Source: a bacterium (lineage in GTDB: Bacteria > Zhuqueibacterota > Zhuqueibacteria > Oceanimicrobiales > Oceanimicrobiaceae). From it: a DNA stretch of 64,000 nt. This document shows positions 60,618 to 64,000 of this stretch, piece by piece. Location of the stretch: assembly GCA_037446635.1 (NCBI GenBank), contig JBBIIG010000003.1, positions 66,635 through 130,634 of the forward strand. The letters run 5' to 3'. The translations under genes were made by a program, and so were the position numbers. The notes beneath the pieces were generated by a model. That model was not told the origin of the DNA and made no database searches. It saw only the letters and a list, made by a program, of their open reading frames with translations. The first letter of the stretch is position 1. Each line of letters opens with the position of its first letter.

Positions 60618-62792
60618 TTACTTCATTTCAAAAACCAATTTGCCGCCAGCCACAATTTGTGAATGATTCATCTTGAAATCAGTTACTGGCCGGCCATTCA
60701 ATTGAGGGCTTGATACTCTGCCACCAGCATTCCCGATCTTTTCGATCACAAATTCTTCGCCGTCGTAATGTTGCGTGTTTAAACGAATGCGCGCCCGCTC
60801 AAACAGCGGAATTCCCAAACGATACTCATCCGACGCCGGACACGCTGGATAAAATCCGAGCGCCGAAAACACGATCCAGGCAGAGATCGCGCCGCAGTCG
60901 TCATCGCCGCGCAGACCGTTTGGCCCGGTGCGGAACGAATCCCGCATGATTTCGTCCACCAACTTTTGCGTCCGCCATTCTTCGCCGCAAACATACGTGA
61001 ATAGATACGGGTACGCAATGTCCGGCTCGTTGCCGATGGTGAAGTGGTTTTCATCAAAACAGCGCTGAAGTTTTTTCACGAACGGCTGCGGCCCACCGAA
61101 GAGATCGATCAACCCTTTAACATCATGCGGGACAAACCAGGTGTAATGCCACGCGTTGCCTTCGACATAGCCTGGACCGCCGGCGCCAGCCCACGATCCG
61201 GAACCTTCGAGCGCCAGCGAATCGAACGGCGCCAGCCACTCGCCATTCTTCCGCTTCGGTCTCAGAAATTGCGTGTTGGCATCGAAATAGTTTTTATAGA
61301 AATGTGAACGGCGGAAAAATTCTTTCGCATCATTAGTTCGACCCAATTTCTCCGCCACGCGCCCAATCGCCCAATCCGAGAGACAATATTCGAGTGACGT
61401 GGAAACCGGCCCCCACACCCACCAGTCTTGCGTCGTATCTTGCTCGAATGGAATGTAGCCGTACTGCAGTTGCTCATGATAGCCAGCGCGAATGGGCGGC
61501 GCATCTTCGCCGTCGCGCAGCAGCGCGGGTTTGGTCATCGCCTCATAAGCCAGCGCGGCGTCGAAATCATCGAGGCCTTTCAAATAGGTGTCGGCGATCA
61601 CAATCGCGGCCGGATCGCCGACCATCATGTAAGTTTCGTTGCCGGCCAACTCCCACTTGGGGAGAAACCCGGACTCGCGATACATGTCGAGCATCGTCTG
61701 CACCATCGCCAACTGCCGCTCGGGATACACCAGCGTGAGAAACGGATGCAGCGTGCGATAGGTATCCCACAGCGAGAAAATCGTATAGCGTTCGCGGCCG
61801 CTGATTTTGCCAACGCCGCTGCGCCCCATCAATGGATATTCACCGTTAACATCACTAATGATGTTGGGATGGATGAGCGTGCGATAAAGCGCAGAGTAGA
61901 ATTTTGTTTTGTCGTCGCGGCTGCCACCTTCGACTTGGATGCGGGAAAGTTCACGCTGCCAGGCATTTTGTGCTTCGGCGCGCACGCGATCAAAGTCCCA
62001 ATCAACAATTTCCAAGTCTAAATTCTCGCGCGCGTTGGCAATGCTGACGTACGAAATTCCAATCTTCACCAGAACGAATTTCTCGGACGCTCCCGCGAAC
62101 TTCAGCCACGCGCCGATGCTCTGCGCTTCCACAGTAGCCGAGGTGGCGGCGACGGGCCGATCATCCACCCAGATTCCGCTCTTTATTACCGGCTCACTAA
62201 ACCGCGCTGCAAAGTAAACCGTCTGGCGATTGGCCTCGCCGCAAAATCCGCCGGAGATGTTGTAGCCTTCGACTTCGGTTGCAGAGCGAATGGCGACCGC
62301 GCCGCCGCCGAGCAGCGCGAGACTGCGGCCGGCATCGATCAGCACAGTCAGATCGCCGTCCTTTTCCGAAGTGAATCGGAGGAAGCCGCAGCGCGGTGTG
62401 GCCGTGGCTTCCGCCAAAACACCGGGCTCGTTGAGTCGGACGGAATAGAATCCCGGCGCGGCTTTTTCATCGCCATAAGTGCACTTGTATTTTTCGGGAT
62501 CGAAATGGATGTTGCGCGCGGCCATCACCAGCACGCTGCCGAGATCGGCGCAGCCGGTGCCGCTGAGATGCACTTGTCCGAAGCCGTAGAAAAATGGCGC
62601 GCCGTGTCGATAGCCCGATGGCGTTCCCGGCGCGGTGTGCGGACTCACCGAAACCATCCCCCACGGCTGCACCGCGCCGGGAAAGGTGTGGCCGTATTCG
62701 CCGGTGCCGATGAAGGGATCGACGAACTGCGTCAACTCCTGTGCGCATATAACGAGGGGGATAATAAGCGAAATTAAAAATTTCATCATCAC
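60618..62792 (-). CDS. GH92 family alpha-mannosidase
   Basis: VDPFIGT, HLSGTGC, SLWDTYRT, EGNAWHY, GNEP and GDDDCG. Confidence 0.93.
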   Translation of the reverse strand: MMMKFLISLIIPLVICAQELTQFVDPFIGTGEYGHTFPGAVQPWGMVSVSPHTAPGTPSGYRHGAPFFYGFGQVHLSGTGCADLGSVLVMAARNIHFDPEKYKCTYGDEKAAPGFYSVRLNEPGVLAEATATPRCGFLRFTSEKDGDLTVLIDAGRSLALLGGGAVAIRSATEVEGYNISGGFCGEANRQTVYFAARFSEPVIKSGIWVDDRPVAATSATVEAQSIGAWLKFAGASEKFVLVKIGISYVSIANARENLDLEIVDWDFDRVRAEAQNAWQRELSRIQVEGGSRDDKTKFYSALYRTLIHPNIISDVNGEYPLMGRSGVGKISGRERYTIFSLWDTYRTLHPFLTLVYPERQLAMVQTMLDMYRESGFLPKWELAGNETYMMVGDPAAIVIADTYLKGLDDFDAALAYEAMTKPALLRDGEDAPPIRAGYHEQLQYGYIPFEQDTTQDWWVWGPVSTSLEYCLSDWAIGRVAEKLGRTNDAKEFFRRSHFYKNYFDANTQFLRPKRKNGEWLAPFDSLALEGSGSWAGAGGPGYVEGNAWHYTWFVPHDVKGLIDLFGGPQPFVKKLQRCFDENHFTIGNEPDIAYPYLFTYVCGEEWRTQKLVDEIMRDSFRTGPNGLRGDDDCGAISAWIVFSALGFYPACPASDEYRLGIPLFERARIRLNTQHYDGEEFVIEKIGNAGGRVSSPQLNGRPVTDFKMNHSQIVAGGKLVFEMK

Positions 62793-63935
62793 TCAAATTT
62801 TCACAAACCAGCGTTTTTTCCACATACCCCACGCGACTAAATACATCAACAGCAGAAACGCCAACGCGAACAACAGCGAGGCGAATTTTGGCGAAGCAAG
62901 TGGTACGAAAATGTTCTCGTGAATTTCATCGTGCAGCGTGGTTGCCGCGCCGTCGGGTTTCGTCCACGACATCACCCAGAGAACGATGGCCAACAGATCA
63001 GACAGCACGAACACCACGATGGCGTTCATCCCGAAAATCACGAATGGCTGCGCGCCGCGACACCAGCCTTTGATATCGACCATCCAATAAATGGCGCCCA
63101 ACCACAGCAGCGCCCAGCCGGCCATGAAAATGGCAAACGTGCTCGTCCACAGATTTTTGTTGATGGGCAGCCAGCGGTCGAAAATCCAACCGAGAGTCAG
63201 CAGCGCCGCGCCGGCCGCAAGCATCCCCAACATCTTTTTTTGTGATGACGCGCCGCCGCGCAGCCAATGGCCGGTGAGAATTCCAAACAGCGTCGTGGCG
63301 ATCGCCGGCAGCGTGCTGATGATGCCCTCGGGATCGAATCCTGCTGCAGGCGCATATTCCCACGTGTGACCGTTCATCAACGTTGAATCCAAATACCAGC
63401 CGAGGTTGCCAGTGGGTTCCAAAACGCCGGCGCCGTAGCCGGGAACCGGCACGAGTTTTATCAGCAGCCAATAGATGATCAAAAACGCGACCAACCACGC
63501 GGACTGTGCGCGGACGTTAGTAATGAGAAAAATGGCGCTGGCGATCAAATAGCAAATCGCGATGCGCTGCAGCACGCCGGGGATGCGAAACGTTGACCAA
63601 GAAAATTCGTGGCCGGGCATCAGCCCAAACGGGAAACCGTTGATCAGCAAACCCAGCGCAAACAGAATGGCCGACCGCCACAACACGTGTTTGAACAATT
63701 GCCCTTTGCTGGCGCCCTGCGCTAATCGTTTTGAAAACGAAAACGTCATTGCCACGCCGACGATGAAGAGAAAGAACGGAAAAATCCAATCGGTGATAGT
63801 CCAGCCGTGCCACGGCGCGTGCCGCAGTTGCGAATACACATGATCCCACGAGCCGGGATTATTGACGACGATCATCGCGGCGATGGTGGCGCCGCGGAAG
63901 ACGTCGAGGGAGAGAAGTCGAGTTGGTTGCGTCAT
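62793..63935 (-). CDS. Heparan-alpha-glucosaminide N-acetyltransferase-like membrane acyltransferase
   Basis: RLLSLDVFRG, HAPWHG, FPFFLFIVG, GVLQRI, DPEG and PINKNLWT. Confidence 0.92.
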   Translation of the reverse strand: MTQPTRLLSLDVFRGATIAAMIVVNNPGSWDHVYSQLRHAPWHGWTITDWIFPFFLFIVGVAMTFSFSKRLAQGASKGQLFKHVLWRSAILFALGLLINGFPFGLMPGHEFSWSTFRIPGVLQRIAICYLIASAIFLITNVRAQSAWLVAFLIIYWLLIKLVPVPGYGAGVLEPTGNLGWYLDSTLMNGHTWEYAPAAGFDPEGIISTLPAIATTLFGILTGHWLRGGASSQKKMLGMLAAGAALLTLGWIFDRWLPINKNLWTSTFAIFMAGWALLWLGAIYWMVDIKGWCRGAQPFVIFGMNAIVVFVLSDLLAIVLWVMSWTKPDGAATTLHDEIHENIFVPLASPKFASLLFALAFLLLMYLVAWGMWKKRWFVKI

Positions 63936-64000
63936 AATTCATTTTGGAGTGCGGAAGCCATGCTTCCGCAAAGGCGCGAGCACGGCTCGCGCGCACGCGC

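Overview
Bacterial chromosomal window of roughly 55% GC. The diderm-type gene content and dense short palindromic repeats suggest an FCB-related lineage such as KSB1, but this is inference only. Order of contents: (1) the 3' end of an ECF sigma factor, a zinc-finger/HEAT anti-sigma and two DUF4097 proteins; (2) three Uma2 nuclease paralogs around trpF; (3) a satellite microcompartment locus (EutN pentamer, DeoC with an N-terminal extension, pyrimidine-nucleoside phosphorylase) interrupted by toxin-antitoxin genes; (4) TA modules beside a duplicated mdh 3' end; (5) envelope and protease genes, including a serine protease followed by a free-standing copy of its own N-terminal domain; (6) a TPR protein, a TPR-CHAT protease and an uncalled 25-aa peptide ORF; (7) a frameshifted LysM transglycosylase and tRNA-Val(CAC); (8) a ~25 kb carbohydrate catabolic region with an unusual glycyl radical enzyme, its activase, xylulokinase, AraC, a hybrid sensor kinase, two atypical GH10-like proteins and a GH92. 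The best novelty candidates are the TPR/CHAT/peptide module, the glycyl radical enzyme locus, the protease plus free pro-domain pair, the microcompartment-linked DeoC, and a 30-bp palindrome inserted in frame in two unrelated genes. All calls come from reading motifs by eye. No database searches were run.
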